Both the position numbers and the translations under genes were made by a program. The notes below the pieces were generated by a model. It saw only the letters and a program-made list of their open reading frames with translations. It made no database searches and was not told the DNA's origin. A stretch of 64,000 nt of DNA, from contig OX337241.1 of the NCBI GenBank assembly GCA_946965045.2, forward strand, positions 2,294,001 to 2,358,000, written 5' to 3'. Each line of letters begins with the position of its first letter. Positions within the stretch are counted from its first letter, which is position 1. Below are positions 22,428 to 34,500 of the stretch, one piece after another. The stretch is from Epithemia pelagica (taxonomy: Eukaryota; Protista; Bacillariophyta).

Positions 22428-22681
22428 ATCAAAATTCAACTTTATGCAGATCTTGGAATTCTGAACAACTTCATATATTACAGTCTACAGTAAAGATCCA
22501 TTCATTAGCTTGATTTTCCTCATTTTCCTCATTTTCCTCATTTACGTCTTTCATCGGCTGAGCCCCAACTGTAGTACCCTTCACATGAAATGTCGTCCCA
22601 ACCCTTCCCTGTGGAAATGATGACCCGGAGTCGGCACAACTGGATTCGTCGCAACGGCTCATCAATCCAGATGTCGAGCAA
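22428..22681 (+). repeat. Diverged direct duplication, copy 1 (copy 2 at ~23930-24271)
   Basis: Shared blocks ATCAAAATTCAA, AGATCTTGGAATTCTGAACAACTTC, GATTTTCCTCATTTTC, CATCGGCTGAGC, GAAATGTCGTCCC, CAACTGGATTCGTCGCAA in the same order. Confidence 0.8.
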
Positions 22682-23808
22682 CTGCTACCCACACGTACCG
22701 TGTTAGCTTGAAGTATCTACTTGAGGTAGATTACTGATAACTCCAGCAAAGTATTCTGCGTGCAATTTCAGTAGCCTTAACAGAACACACTATTGGTACA
22801 ACATAAACAGGCCATCTGCTGTCCGCAAGTGAGTCATCCGTGCACGAAAGCGTTGTAACGGTGAAACAAGTCGTTGGAGCTGCTAACTTTCCGTGCATTC
22901 CGCGTGGAGTCACAGAAGTGGATTACCTGAGCTTTTGTGGAGGATCTTACTTTCCGGGAAGGAGAGTAAGCAACTGTAGGAACGCCAGTCGGAAAAACGA
23001 ACGCCGAACCTCCCTAAATCAATCACTCCGGCATTGGTCCACCCCCAGCGTATAACGCGACTAGGATAGTCGTAAAGTAACGAGTTGACTATAAAACCCG
23101 CCGAACCTTTACTTATTTACATTCTCTCACTGTTTACTTGTTCGTCAATATGACATTTCATTCTCACTATTTTGCTGATTCGTAAAATTGACATTTGATC
23201 GATAGGAGAACAAAAAGTCGAGCTTACTTTGTTACATTTTGGTAATTTTCGACCGGCTTCTACCTGGTTTGGCCATCGCTTAGATTAGAAGCGACGTGAA
23301 GCTATCGAAATTCTAGGCATCAGAAGAGGAGACTGACTACCTAGACAAGCTGCCTTGTTTATCCGGGGAGTACCTAGGAGCACTTTTTATTGGTGGTATT
23401 TTCAACGACACTCCCAATCTATGCTGTTTTGGGGGGGCTATTGTACGATGACTGACGTACGACTGCAACAAATCACATTTGGAAAAATATCGACGAGCTT
23501 TGACAGCGCTTTCAGTTTTCAACCTGAACCAAAAAGTATGACATTGTGGAATTCTTTAGTTGAGTCAATTTGTTTTTGTCATGCAAATGAACTGCGGTCT
23601 ATGTGGTATAGGTAGAGACTTTCATGGAGGAGGGTTTTTCCAGGCAACCCCAACGTAAGAAGAGACACTCACTTTATTTAGATGCACTCTTGAAAGTTGC
23701 GTCAGCCGCCTAATAATTTAGAGTCCTTGAAAAGTTGCTAACGAAGAAGTATTTACGTAGAGAAGTTCAAGCATTGTCATGGGTCACGAGCAACTGGGCT
23801 TCGTGCAG

Positions 23809-23824
23809 CCCCCCCCCCCCCCCC
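23809..23824 (+). repeat. Poly-C homopolymer (16 nt)
   Basis: Direct reading. Confidence 0.9.
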
Positions 23825-23929
23825 AAAACCCATGTTCAGTTTGACGCCAATCGTAATGAGCACCGTATACGCTACTCTAATGCGATTAGCGTATACGCTA
23901 CTCCCTTAACTTTGACTTCCTATAACTTC

Positions 23930-24271
23930 ATCAAAATTCAATTTCATGCAAATCTGACTTCATCGTTCTATAGATCTTGGAATTCTGAACAACTTCGTGA
24001 TAGTAGCTTGGTTTTTCAACTTGAAAAACTGGTGATTTTCCTCATTTTCGCTCATTTACATCTTCCATCGGCTGAGCGCCAACTTTAGTACCCTTATATA
24101 TGTGACATCTGCACCGATTGTTGCAGGACTCTCCATTCTGCAGGTCTACTATATGGAAAGAAGGCCTTGACCAAAGGAAATGTCGTCCCGACTTCCCTGT
24201 GGAAAAAAGACGACCGTGAGTCGGCGCAACTGGATTCGTCGCAATGGCTCATCGATCCACATGCCGAGCAA
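23930..24271 (+). repeat. Diverged direct duplication, copy 2, with extra internal sequence of roughly 80 bp
   Basis: Collinear blocks with 22428-22681; extra sequence between TAGTACCCTT and GAAATGTCGTCCC. Confidence 0.8.
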
Positions 24272-24899
24272 TCCGTCCAAGATATCGATCCCAGATGCCA
24301 AGCGACCCGTCGAAGATGCTGCCAACCTTGCACCTGAAGCCAGTACAACAGTACCAGAGCTATATTGTTGACTTCTCGTATCACTCCATCATGGTCGCTA
24401 CATCATCATGGTCACAGACTAGGTGCCAACATCATGGACTTAGGTGCCACTTGTAACGGAGAGGGCCATTGTTATTCATTCCATGAGACCTGTGTCGTAT
24501 AGAACAACCTCTGTTAAGGCGGTCGTACGGGAGACAGCAAATTCGAGCAGCATGTTGATTCCCATAAAATTAATGGGAGACAGCTATATGCTATTCGGTC
24601 TAGCTTAATAATACCCGTTCTCTATGATTGATTGGCGTTAAGCCTTCCCCTATTTTCACTATACTCTGCTGGCGATGTTCTTCGTCAAATATTCGTTGGT
24701 TAGGAGTTTGGCCCCGCTTAGCACTAGCTGTTTTACCCTACTCGATTGGCCATTGAGGTTTTCATGAAAGAAACCTTCTTTTCCCAGCATACGCATTATC
24801 CGTTGTCAATGCTTATTGTTTCATTATTTCGCTTTGAAGCATCGGATCGGTTCCCCGTCACCCCATTTTCTTCTTTGCGTATCGTAACTAAGTTTGCCC

Positions 24900-25800
24900 A
24901 GTGGTGATGGCTTTCCTCAATGTACTGCATCGTCAGTTTGTTTCTGTGCAGCAGGAATGGAATGTTCGGCTCCTTCCTGTGATCCCGGCGATGGTGGCGC
25001 TCCGCCGCCAGCATCGAAATGTTCAGTCAGTTGCTTTCTCCACGTCAGGGGTCGCGGGTTCCCTTTGAGCCTCGATCTTTTCGTGTGAACGCGGTGATGA
25101 TGGCTTTCCCTCGATTTGTTTTTCAGGTACATCGTCAGGTTGTATCTGCATATCAGTGATCGTGTTTTGAACGCTTTCTTGTGAGCCTGATGATGGCTTT
25201 CCCTCGCTATCATGACGTACTTTCGTAGGTGTATCGTCAGTTTGTTTCTGTACAGCTGGAATGGAATATCCGGCTCCTTGTGAACCCGGTGATGGTGACG
25301 TTACGTCGCCAGCATCGAATGGTTCGACAGAAGGGACGGTACTTGCTTTTTGCACATCAGGGGTCGCGGGTTCCCTTTGAGCCTTGGTCCTTTCTTGTGA
25401 AAGCGGTGATGATGGCTTTCCCTCGATATCATCGGGATATTTTTCAGGTTTATCGTAGGGTTGTATCTGAACATCACTGATCGTGTTTTGAGCGCTTTCT
25501 TGTGAGCCTGATGATGGCTTTTCCTCGCTATCATCATGACGTACTTTTGTAGGTGCACCGTCAATTTGTTTCTGTACAGCAGGAATGGTGTCCGTCCGGT
25601 GATGATTTTTCGTCGCCAGCATCCGCGGGTTGATTTTCAGGTACAGCGTCCGCTTCTGTCTGAACATCAGTGATCGTGTTATCAACGCATTCTGGTGAAC
25701 CCAGTGATGATGAATTTCCCTCGAAATCATGTTGTGCTTCGCCAGGTTCAGGTACATGGTCAGTTGGTTTCTGCACGGCAGGGATAGTAGTTACCCTGTC
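24900..25800 (-). repeat. Coding tandem repeat array of ~300-325-bp units (about 3 copies) in the BTB gene tail
   Basis: GGAATGG anchor recurs near 25583, 25258 and 24954; translated units IPAVQKQ.D..PTKVRHD.E.KPSSGSQES.QNTI.D.QIQP...EGKPSSP.S.E...AQREPATPDV. Confidence 0.85.
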
Positions 25801-28686
25801 AGCCTCAAGTTTTCCTTGCAAACCCGGTGAGGATGGCTCTTCCTTTACATTTTGGTGTGGTTTCTCAGTTACATCGTCAGTTTGTCTCGGTCCATGATCC
25901 ATGTGTGCCCCATGAGTCGGTTTCTTTATGTCGATTTGTGTTGGAACATGCAGTGTATGGCTTTCAGTACTCTTATTCTGTTCGTCTCTCACTGTGTCGC
26001 CTTGTCGTGCCATAAAGTCTTCTTGTTGGTTACCGATTCCCATGTGAGTTTGCAATGGAGCGACGACGTTTCCGTTCTTATTAAGGTGGCTTGCTATTTC
26101 TTCTTTTGTTCCGTGGTCGAGTTCATTCGTAGCAACACTCTGTTGGTCATTGTCGATGAGTACTTGCAATTCTTCTCCTGTATGGCCTCGTTTCCTTGCC
26201 AAAGCATGTTTGGCTTCCTTTTCTTTGCGTTCTTTGGTCACAGTCTCAATTCTTCTTGCAACGAGGCGTTGCCTTGTACGGCTACTTTTTCGTTCTGGTC
26301 TTCCTCTTTCAGTTCGCTTTGGAATGACAACAGGCTGCTTAGCTTCGCCCTCTTTCTTCTCCTCCGCCACCTTTTCCCTCCGATTTCGAACGACGAAATG
26401 ACAATCTGCACTCTTATTCGGTTCTTCTTCATTGGAGCATTCTCCAATTAATTTCTCTGGAGCAGCATTATTTTTCTTTTCTGTGCTGCTGTCACTTTCT
26501 CGATTTGCAGGGATGTCACTTCGCCTGGAAAGAGAACTGTCATTTGGCTTGAGGACACTAGATGGACCACCAATTGCCAACTTTGCAAGTTTCAGTTTGT
26601 CACGCTTCAGCGCTTGTTCTCTGCGACACTCGGATATGTCCGACGTTAATTTGAGAGTTTTTGTTCGAAAAGAACTCAATTCGTTCCTCAGGTCAACCGA
26701 ATCTTGTTCATATTGCTGTCCTAGAGCTTGCAACTCCAGTTGCGATTGTTCACGAAGCAATTGGATTTCTCTCTCATGTCGAAGTCTTAATTCTTGATTT
26801 TCCCGACGCAGGCTTCGAACCTGCTGTTCCATCTCACTCTTAAGTGCTTGTATTTCCTCAGCGTGAATGAACCTTATGCCGTCCAATTCTTCCCTAGTTT
26901 CCTTCAAATCTCCCCTCAAAAAGTCTTCCATGAGCGTGGCGGCCTCGAATTCCGTTTTCCACTTGTACAACAAATTCAAGTCATCGGATAACTTCTGGTT
27001 CGTTCTTCGAGCCTGAAGAAGGACCTCTCCTACAAAATTGCGCAATGCCTCACCCTCAAGATAGGGTAAGTCAAGCTGGATATCGTCTCCTCCATCTGTA
27101 TTTCCTTGCGCGATGTGTTGCATTGAGTTCGGATTGGCCGGATCGTTCCGCTGAGCGTCCGATTCGGTACGATGTTCCTGAGAACGAGGAGCAAGAGTAA
27201 AACAGCTTTCTTCCCATGTCTTTGCCAGGACGCCAATCGCTCGTGTTTTCAATGGCGTCATGAGCGCAGCTGAGTCATAGATTTCATTTTCTAGTTCCAA
27301 GAGAAATTTCGCTGCCTTGCACTCAAGTTCAGGGATGTGATCTTTGCATGTAAGGCGATTGAACATTATTGAATTCAATTCATTTTTGTGGATCCCACTG
27401 TACACAGCGATCAAAAGCGACAATCGCACGGGTTTATCTTCGTCGTCATCTTCGTCATCACATTCATCGTTCCCGTCCTCTTCTTTTGAAACCGACTTGC
27501 CTTCGCCCATGTCGAGTAAGTTCACGTTGTCGTCGTTATCTCTGCCCTGTTTGACACTTATCTCACCTAGCTCTTTCGCTTGGAGTTCACTACAAATGGC
27601 GACAATTCGTAAGAAAAACTGAGGGTCAATAGCCGTCAGAATTTCAACAACTGCGGCTTCAGGAATTTCAAAGATATGCTCGGCACAGTGTTCCTCAGCA
27701 TGTGCCAGGATTTTGGAATCTTTGAAAAGAGTCGCATGTTGATAGTATGTGATCAAGTTATCCATATTGAGATCCTCATGCCAAAACGCCTTCACTCTTC
27801 TCCGCAACATTTTCATTTGCAACATCCCAGACAAGTAATGAAGGGCAGAGGCATTGTAGGTGTTGAGATTTACCTCATTGTTCGGGTTGTACAGGAAGTC
27901 CAAGAGGAATGGTAAATTCTCGGCAGCGACTTGCTCGAGTTCCAGCTTTGTGGTGTTTTTCTCCTGATCCAACTTGTTGGTTGAGTTTGGTGTATCAAGA
28001 AAAGGATCACGTCCGGCTTCTGCGCGTGGGGCGACAAGGGAATCTTGCACAAAGTCGCAAAAGCGCGGTCGGTTGGCCAACAGTTGTCTTGAAGTCTGTT
28101 GCTTTTGATTATGCTTTTGCATATTTTGATTCATTATGAATTTTTGCTTTGCTTCATCGGCTTCTTGGTCCAAGGCCAACTGTCGGAAAAGCGAGGCAAA
28201 AAAGTTGGATCGTTTTGGTCCCACCGCCAAAGTGGATTTGTGTACGTAATATTTCTGCGATGGCGCGTTACTCCCTTTGACGACAATTTCAATGGTCCAA
28301 TCTGCGAGCGAGAGCTCCTTGGGACTTCTCCACGTTAGCTCAGGTTCTTCGTCGAATGGATCATTCGCCTCCTCGTCGGAGGAGTCCCCTTCGTCATCCG
28401 TTACTTCTCGCACCGGTTGTTTCTTGTCGTGGTTGTTGTTGTTGATGCGACGGTGACCACTTTTCTGACTTTGCTTTTTACGGTTCGTCGGAAGGGATGA
28501 AGCAGTCCAACCATCGTCGTCATGTTCATCGTCAGCACCTACAACCGGAGCAGTAACAATGTACTTGTCCTCGTCACCATTGTCACCCAACATGATTTCT
28601 ACCGACTCTCCACTCATGTCAGAATTGTGACTGTTGTCGTGCGCAGCGTCGGCTGATTCTCTGCTGTCGGCAAATCGGACCACCAT
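25561..28686 (-). CDS. BTB/POZ-domain protein with coiled coil and repetitive C-terminal region (1041 aa ORF; repeat array continues out of frame to ~24900)
   Basis: DWTIEIVV...YYVHKSTLAVGPKRSNFFASLF, FLLDFLY, HYLSGMLQMKML (BTB type); heptad-rich middle; downstream frames encode further copies of the IPAVQKQTD...EGKPSS repeat. Confidence 0.85.
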   Translation of the reverse strand: MVVRFADSRESADAAHDNSHNSDMSGESVEIMLGDNGDEDKYIVTAPVVGADDEHDDDGWTASSLPTNRKKQSQKSGHRRINNNNHDKKQPVREVTDDEGDSSDEEANDPFDEEPELTWRSPKELSLADWTIEIVVKGSNAPSQKYYVHKSTLAVGPKRSNFFASLFRQLALDQEADEAKQKFIMNQNMQKHNQKQQTSRQLLANRPRFCDFVQDSLVAPRAEAGRDPFLDTPNSTNKLDQEKNTTKLELEQVAAENLPFLLDFLYNPNNEVNLNTYNASALHYLSGMLQMKMLRRRVKAFWHEDLNMDNLITYYQHATLFKDSKILAHAEEHCAEHIFEIPEAAVVEILTAIDPQFFLRIVAICSELQAKELGEISVKQGRDNDDNVNLLDMGEGKSVSKEEDGNDECDDEDDDEDKPVRLSLLIAVYSGIHKNELNSIMFNRLTCKDHIPELECKAAKFLLELENEIYDSAALMTPLKTRAIGVLAKTWEESCFTLAPRSQEHRTESDAQRNDPANPNSMQHIAQGNTDGGDDIQLDLPYLEGEALRNFVGEVLLQARRTNQKLSDDLNLLYKWKTEFEAATLMEDFLRGDLKETREELDGIRFIHAEEIQALKSEMEQQVRSLRRENQELRLRHEREIQLLREQSQLELQALGQQYEQDSVDLRNELSSFRTKTLKLTSDISECRREQALKRDKLKLAKLAIGGPSSVLKPNDSSLSRRSDIPANRESDSSTEKKNNAAPEKLIGECSNEEEPNKSADCHFVVRNRREKVAEEKKEGEAKQPVVIPKRTERGRPERKSSRTRQRLVARRIETVTKERKEKEAKHALARKRGHTGEELQVLIDNDQQSVATNELDHGTKEEIASHLNKNGNVVAPLQTHMGIGNQQEDFMARQGDTVRDEQNKSTESHTLHVPTQIDIKKPTHGAHMDHGPRQTDDVTEKPHQNVKEEPSSPGLQGKLEADRVTTIPAVQKPTDHVPEPGEAQHDFEGNSSSLGSPECVDNTITDVQTEADAVPENQPADAGDEKSSPDGHHSCCTETN

Positions 28687-29422
28687 GATTGCAGAGTATT
28701 TATTCCCCGCTCAGATTCAACAAAGCAAAGGGGAGCAATAGTGCTATGAAACTTCGTTACAGACTCAAGTCTTAACGTTTCAATAAGCCCGAAAAGTAGC
28801 TGATGTTGTTGGAAGTGAAGAACGTAAACGAATCAATGTATCGAGTATCGAATGACAAACTTCGGCCTTGTACGATGGCAATGGCACAACACATACAAAA
28901 AAGCCAATCAAAAGGAAAAACGAGAGCAAATCCTGCGCATGCGCCCCTCTCCCTATTTCCCATCCGAGAAGCCATAGTAGTAATCGTGTTACGGTGTGTT
29001 TTTGGCATTGCCAATTGCCACTGGCCAACAGCCAATCCAACAGCCAATTGAACGCCTTCCGACCTTTTTTCGGTGGCAGACCTCGAAACTGGACACAATT
29101 TCGTTGGAGAATTTTGTCCATGCGCAATGCGCGTCTCTAGAGCGACTCATGCGCTTCCTGTGGAGAATGACGCACTCGCCACAGAAAAACTTTCGCCCAT
29201 CAAAGAATCGATCGCATCAACCATTCATCAGTTTTGGATGCTGTGTCATCGCGGTCGTCGATTGAAAGATCTCATCTTGCATCATCGACAAGGGTCAAAT
29301 CTTTGGTAGGATTTGAAACAGGCGACTTTCTAGGATCTCCTCTGTGATAGTTGCGAGGTGAACCTCGAGGACTACAAACACATTGCCATCATCATCACGT
29401 TGATTGTCGGACGCGAAACAGA

Positions 29423-31259
29423 ATGACCAATTCGCTCTTGTCTTCCTTGTGCATCATGGTCATGTTCGCGCAGTATCATCGCCATGTCGCATCCTCCTTT
29501 ACGGTTCTGCATCCTTTTCGACGACACACTGGATTTCGATCATTGGTCGCACGATCCTCCACGGCGGTGGATGGAGAAAAGACCGAAAGTAAGGTGAAGG
29601 AATTGCCCGTCAAGTACGATATGGATGAAATTGTCAGTTTGTGCAAACGCCGGGGCATTATCTTTCCCTCTTCCGAAATTTACAATGGATATGCGGGATT
29701 CTTTGATTATGGCCCCTTGGGCAGTGAATTGAAAAAGAATGTCAAGGATGCCTGGTGGCGTTACTTTGTCACACAACGCGAAGATGTTGTTGGGGTGGAC
29801 AGTTCCATTATTCACAATCCGGCAACGTGGAAATCCAGTGGTACGTGAAGCTAGTGTTTTGAACGAGGAGGGATAGGACGCAGCTGGAGGAGATTATGTC
29901 GTTTGACATGCGTGTGACGACACATATTTTCTCAAATGTCGTGTCGTCGTCGTTGTCGTTACTCTGTTTGTTCCCCCGCAAACAGGTCATGTCGATGGTT
30001 TCTCGGATCCAATGGTGGATTGCAAGGAAACCAAGCTTCGATTCCGTGCAGATCAATTGTTCTTTTCCCCTGTCAAGGTTGGAGACGAATTTCTTGGCTT
30101 TGTATGTGTACAAGAAGCCAACGATGAAACCATGGTCAAGGAGGCGAAAAAGCAAGCCAAGGCACTGCTCAAAGAGTTGGATCGGGGTGGCGAGCAAGTG
30201 GAGCCCTTTGACTTTCGAGAGGTTGTGGAAGCATCCGAAGATGAAATGACCAAGATACCATCGCCAGCATCGGGCAAACCCACATTAACCATGCCCCGAG
30301 AATTCAATCTCATGTTTCAAACACAAGTCGGCGCCCTGTCGGACGAGTCCAGCGTAGCCTATTTGCGACCCGAAACGGCACAGGGAATCTTTCTTAATTT
30401 TAAAAATGTTTTGACGACCAGTCGGCAAAAGATCCCGTTTGGGATCGCACAGATTGGCAAAGCCTTTCGCAATGAAATTACTCCTCGCAACTTTATTTTT
30501 CGATCCCGTGAATTTGAACAAATGGAGGTTGAATATTTCATTCCACCAGGCGATGATGTCTGGCCTCCCTTTCATCAACAATGGTTGGATGACAGCAAGA
30601 CTTTTCTCTTGTCTCTGGGACTTCGAGACGATCTCCTCGGTTGGGATGTACATGAGGGTGATAAACTTGCCCACTATGCCCAAGCTTGTACCGACGTTAC
30701 CTTCAAGTTTCCGTTTGGTGAACAAGAACTCATGGGCATTGCTGCGCGAGGAAATTATGATTTGACACAACACACAGAAGGATCGGGCAAGAACCTAGAT
30801 TATTTCGATGACGAATCGAAAGAAAAATACATCCCTCACTGTATTGAACCGTCGTTGGGTGTGGACCGGCTCATACTGGCCTTGATTTGTTCTGCGTATG
30901 CTGAAGATGAAGTTGCGGGGGAAAAGCGAAGTCTGCTGAAATTTTCCCCACGAATCGCGCCAATCAAAATTGCTGTTCTTCCTCTACTCAAGAACAAGGA
31001 AGCTCTGGTTTCCAAAGCAAGAGAATTGTTTGATCAACTTCGCTTACGGTGGAATTGCCAATGGGATGCTGCTGGTGCCATTGGACGTCGGTACCGAAGG
31101 GCCGATGAGGTCGGGACGCCTTTTTGTATAACGGTGGACTTTGATACAATCGAAAAAGACAATAGCGTTACGGTACGAGATCGGGACACAACCGAACAAG
31201 AGCGCGTTCCCATTGACGACCTGATCCCGTACTTGAGCAAGGCGATTGACGGCTTCTGA
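29423..31259 (+). CDS. GlyRS: Glycyl-tRNA synthetase (class II, alpha2 type) with organelle-targeting presequence; exons 29423-29840, 29986-31259
   Basis: [41 protein letters not shown] restored by the GT-AG intron, [55 protein letters not shown]; N-terminal signal-like segment ending ASS-F followed by an Arg/Ser-rich transit-like region. Confidence 0.95.
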
Positions 31260-31500
31260 GACCAAAACTTAATATGTGTACAAACACGAAACCTAAACTT
31301 TTGCGGAAACGGTACTAGTTATTTCTTATTTTCACACACATGTAATCAAATGATTATCCCAACCCGATCTTTTGGTGAAACGAACTTTTGGTTTTGTTGC
31401 TGACTGACATGCCAATAAAACAATAGGAACCAAAAGAGATCACTCATCTTTGTTTTGTGGGGGACATTCATAGGAGAGGCCCAGTCCCCGCCGCCTAAAT

Positions 31501-34500
31501 TCAGTTTCCTTCTTCGGTATAGATGGAATACGTTTCATCCAATTCTTCTACAGCAGCTGCTGCAGCGGAGAGTTGTCCCAACAACCGAGCCAAATTTTCC
31601 CGTTTGGCTTGTGAGTCTACTTCATTCCCTGCAGCTGCCAGTTGTGCTTGTGTCTCTTCAATTCGATTCAACAAGGCATCAATCGCTTCAGAGGTTACCG
31701 ATGGCGTTTCACTTACACTTGGAGTGGTCACAAGTTCGGGTTCCTCCTCGATGACTTCATCCAAGATGATGATCGTTTCGGGTGAATGGCTTGCTTCGGG
31801 GCGAACGCTGTAGTTCAGTCGGGGCTTCATAGTGTCGCTACCAACGTAAATAGGAGTCATCGATGAACCTCCAGATGAAGCATTATACTGAGAGTTTAAT
31901 GGCTTTTTGTGGTTCAGTGCGGAGTACACTTCAGAGGATGTTGTGTTCGATCGACTCGAAAGTTCGGACATCCCGTGTCCAATCGGATGACTACGGCGTG
32001 TTCGATGTAACGCCTTCTCTTCCTCATACGAACTGGATCCACTGGAAGACGAAGAATGCTCGCTGCCGGCATCCGTCGAATTAGACTCGTACTGATCATC
32101 AATGCTGTTGTTCTCGCTGGGTGATGTTGGAAAGCGTTGGTTACCACCACGTCGCATCGTCGGAGAGACATTACTGTGACCTTCTGTTTCAGAAGCCAGA
32201 GAATGCGTAGTTTCAGTATTTTCAGAAAAGCTTGCCAAACGTGTCATCTGACCTCTTTTTACGACGGCACTAGAAGATCGAACGCTTAGAGGCTGTTCCG
32301 GTGTGAAGCCTGAAAATTTGCTCGTAGAAGCAGTTGTTTTCGCTGTTTTGGTAGACCCCCTGGATCGTGTCATATTCTCTGGAGTGATACGGGCCCGTGC
32401 CTTAGAGGACGACGGGCTGTACGCAAACCTCTCCGATGGCTGACTCGTCGTGTCCACAGTCGCTCCACTCATCGATTTCCCATCACTGAGAGGAAATCGA
32501 GGTGCTCTTGCAGCGGACAGGCCCGGACTCGCTGCGCGATGAAGGTGCAGCTCATCATGGTGAAGATCAGTGTTGACGTTCAAAGGTATTCCCCTTTTGG
32601 CAGCTGCAATTAGTTGACGCAAGGCGATTTCGTTATTGACGTCGAACCCTGCCGGGATTGCCAGTGTAAAGACTTCATTCTCTTCAGCACCTTCCACAAT
32701 AATCTTGCCTGCTTCGTGTCTGACTGTTCCGGTGGACATCGGAGAGGAGGGCTCTTGATCCAAAGCACCTGTGTGGGTACGCGTCTTTTTGGTGTCGGAT
32801 TCATTCACACTGACAGAGTCACCGGCGAAATGTTCATTATCAAACGGCTGTCGAACTCGGTCTCTCGATACGGCTACCTCGGAGTCTGCATCAGATTCTG
32901 TTTGTTCAAGCGCTGGTGGTTCTTCCCGGGAGCGTTCACTTTCATGTTCCGCAAGGTCCTGAGCGTCTGATGTTCCCCATGGTTCAACGATTGCAGACTG
33001 TGGGCTTCTTTGATGGCTGATGTCGTATGGATCCCTTCTTACGTCATCTTGTTCTGCTGCAAGCTTCCGCTGACTCTCCACCATGTCTGTTTTCGTCCGA
33101 CTCTCATTCGTGCTTGGATGCTCTCGCATTTCGACCGCAGATTCCGGATCACGAGGTGCATCTGGTCTTGCTTTTCTCAATTTTTCCGAGGGGTCCTTCT
33201 TCCTTGCGTCTGAAGAAAGTGATTGAAAAGCATGGATTTCCCGTTTGATGCTTTTTGTTACCGGGTCACAGTCCTGGGCTTCCCTCCGTCTCAACGTGTA
33301 GCCTTGCATCGCTGGAGGATCGCTGGGTACACTTTCGTTGTCCATTCGAGAATCACTCTTTTTTGACGCAGCAGACGACATCGCCCTCGCACTATTTCTC
33401 TGATGATTATTGCCCATCATACTGGAAGTGCTCTTAAGATATGTCTGCATGTCTGATGCTTGTTCAGAAATAGATTCATCGAAGGATTCAACGACCCCAG
33501 GATCCATAGGTGCTCTCTTCATTGCTGAAGCATATGAGGAGGCAGTGTACAACGTAGAATCCGATTGAGCTACGGAAACCGCAGATGACTCTCTATCGTT
33601 GGTATCATTTTCTTCTCCACCGATTGGTCCACACATCACACATATCTCATTCTGGCCCATAGTATCAGCCATTAGGGGAGTTGAGCACTGGGGACAAGAA
33701 CTGTTCAGGATGATCCATCCTTCGGACATCCTTTTTCCAATTTCCTTGCTAGCTACTTGCCGCCTTGATTCAAAAGCACCGAGGTGTGTCTTGCGGAGGT
33801 CGTTGTTGATTTGGAGCTGATTGATACCTCCGTAGGGTGAGAATGTTGGAGAACCCGCAAGCATTCCCGGCATGTGGAAATGTCCTAGTGTTCCGTTTCT
33901 CAGCGCAGTTGATTGAGAAAGTGAAGATTGCTGATAAGGAATATCGCCAAACTCATCTGAGGGTTCCTCCACTTCTCCATTGTGCTCCGATCCTGCCTCG
34001 GCTGCTGTGTACGAGTTTTGCAAATCTGACGACATCTCCTGTCCTCCATTCTCCTTGTCAGAGTCTTGGCGTTGAATTCCTCCAGTGGAATTCCCGCCAT
34101 CTGTGGAAACAACCTTCGCGCCTTCTCCGCTTACATTTTTGTCCTTCCCAATACCTTTTTCTCTGTTTGTGAGATCGAAATTTTCAGAAAGTTGCGGGTT
34201 CGTCTCCAGACAACTCGGGTCCTCAATGTCGTCAGCATCTCCTACCGTAGGATTGAGTATATCTACATCTTGATTCATAATTCGATCCTCTTGGGTAGAC
34301 TCGGTGGCATTCAGGTCGTCTCGGGTTCTCTCGTACTCACTTTCCGTAGTCTCAACTCCTTGCTCGACATCGTCGGCAACTACAAAAACATTTTCGGCAT
34401 CTTCTACTGGAATACCTGCCACGACCGGGATGTTCCGTTCCTCTGCAACGGGAAGTTGTTGTTCCTGACCTTCCTCCTCTTCGCCTTCGATCCCAGGAGA

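Noticed and set aside
2005-23297. Shared 14-mer ATTAGAAGCGACGT at 2005-2018 and 23284-23297
   Set aside because: Several 14-bp matches are expected by chance in 64 kb, and the similarity does not extend.
23809-23824. Poly-C as a functional G-quadruplex element
   Set aside because: A single homopolymer with no supporting context; its length is also error-prone in sequencing.
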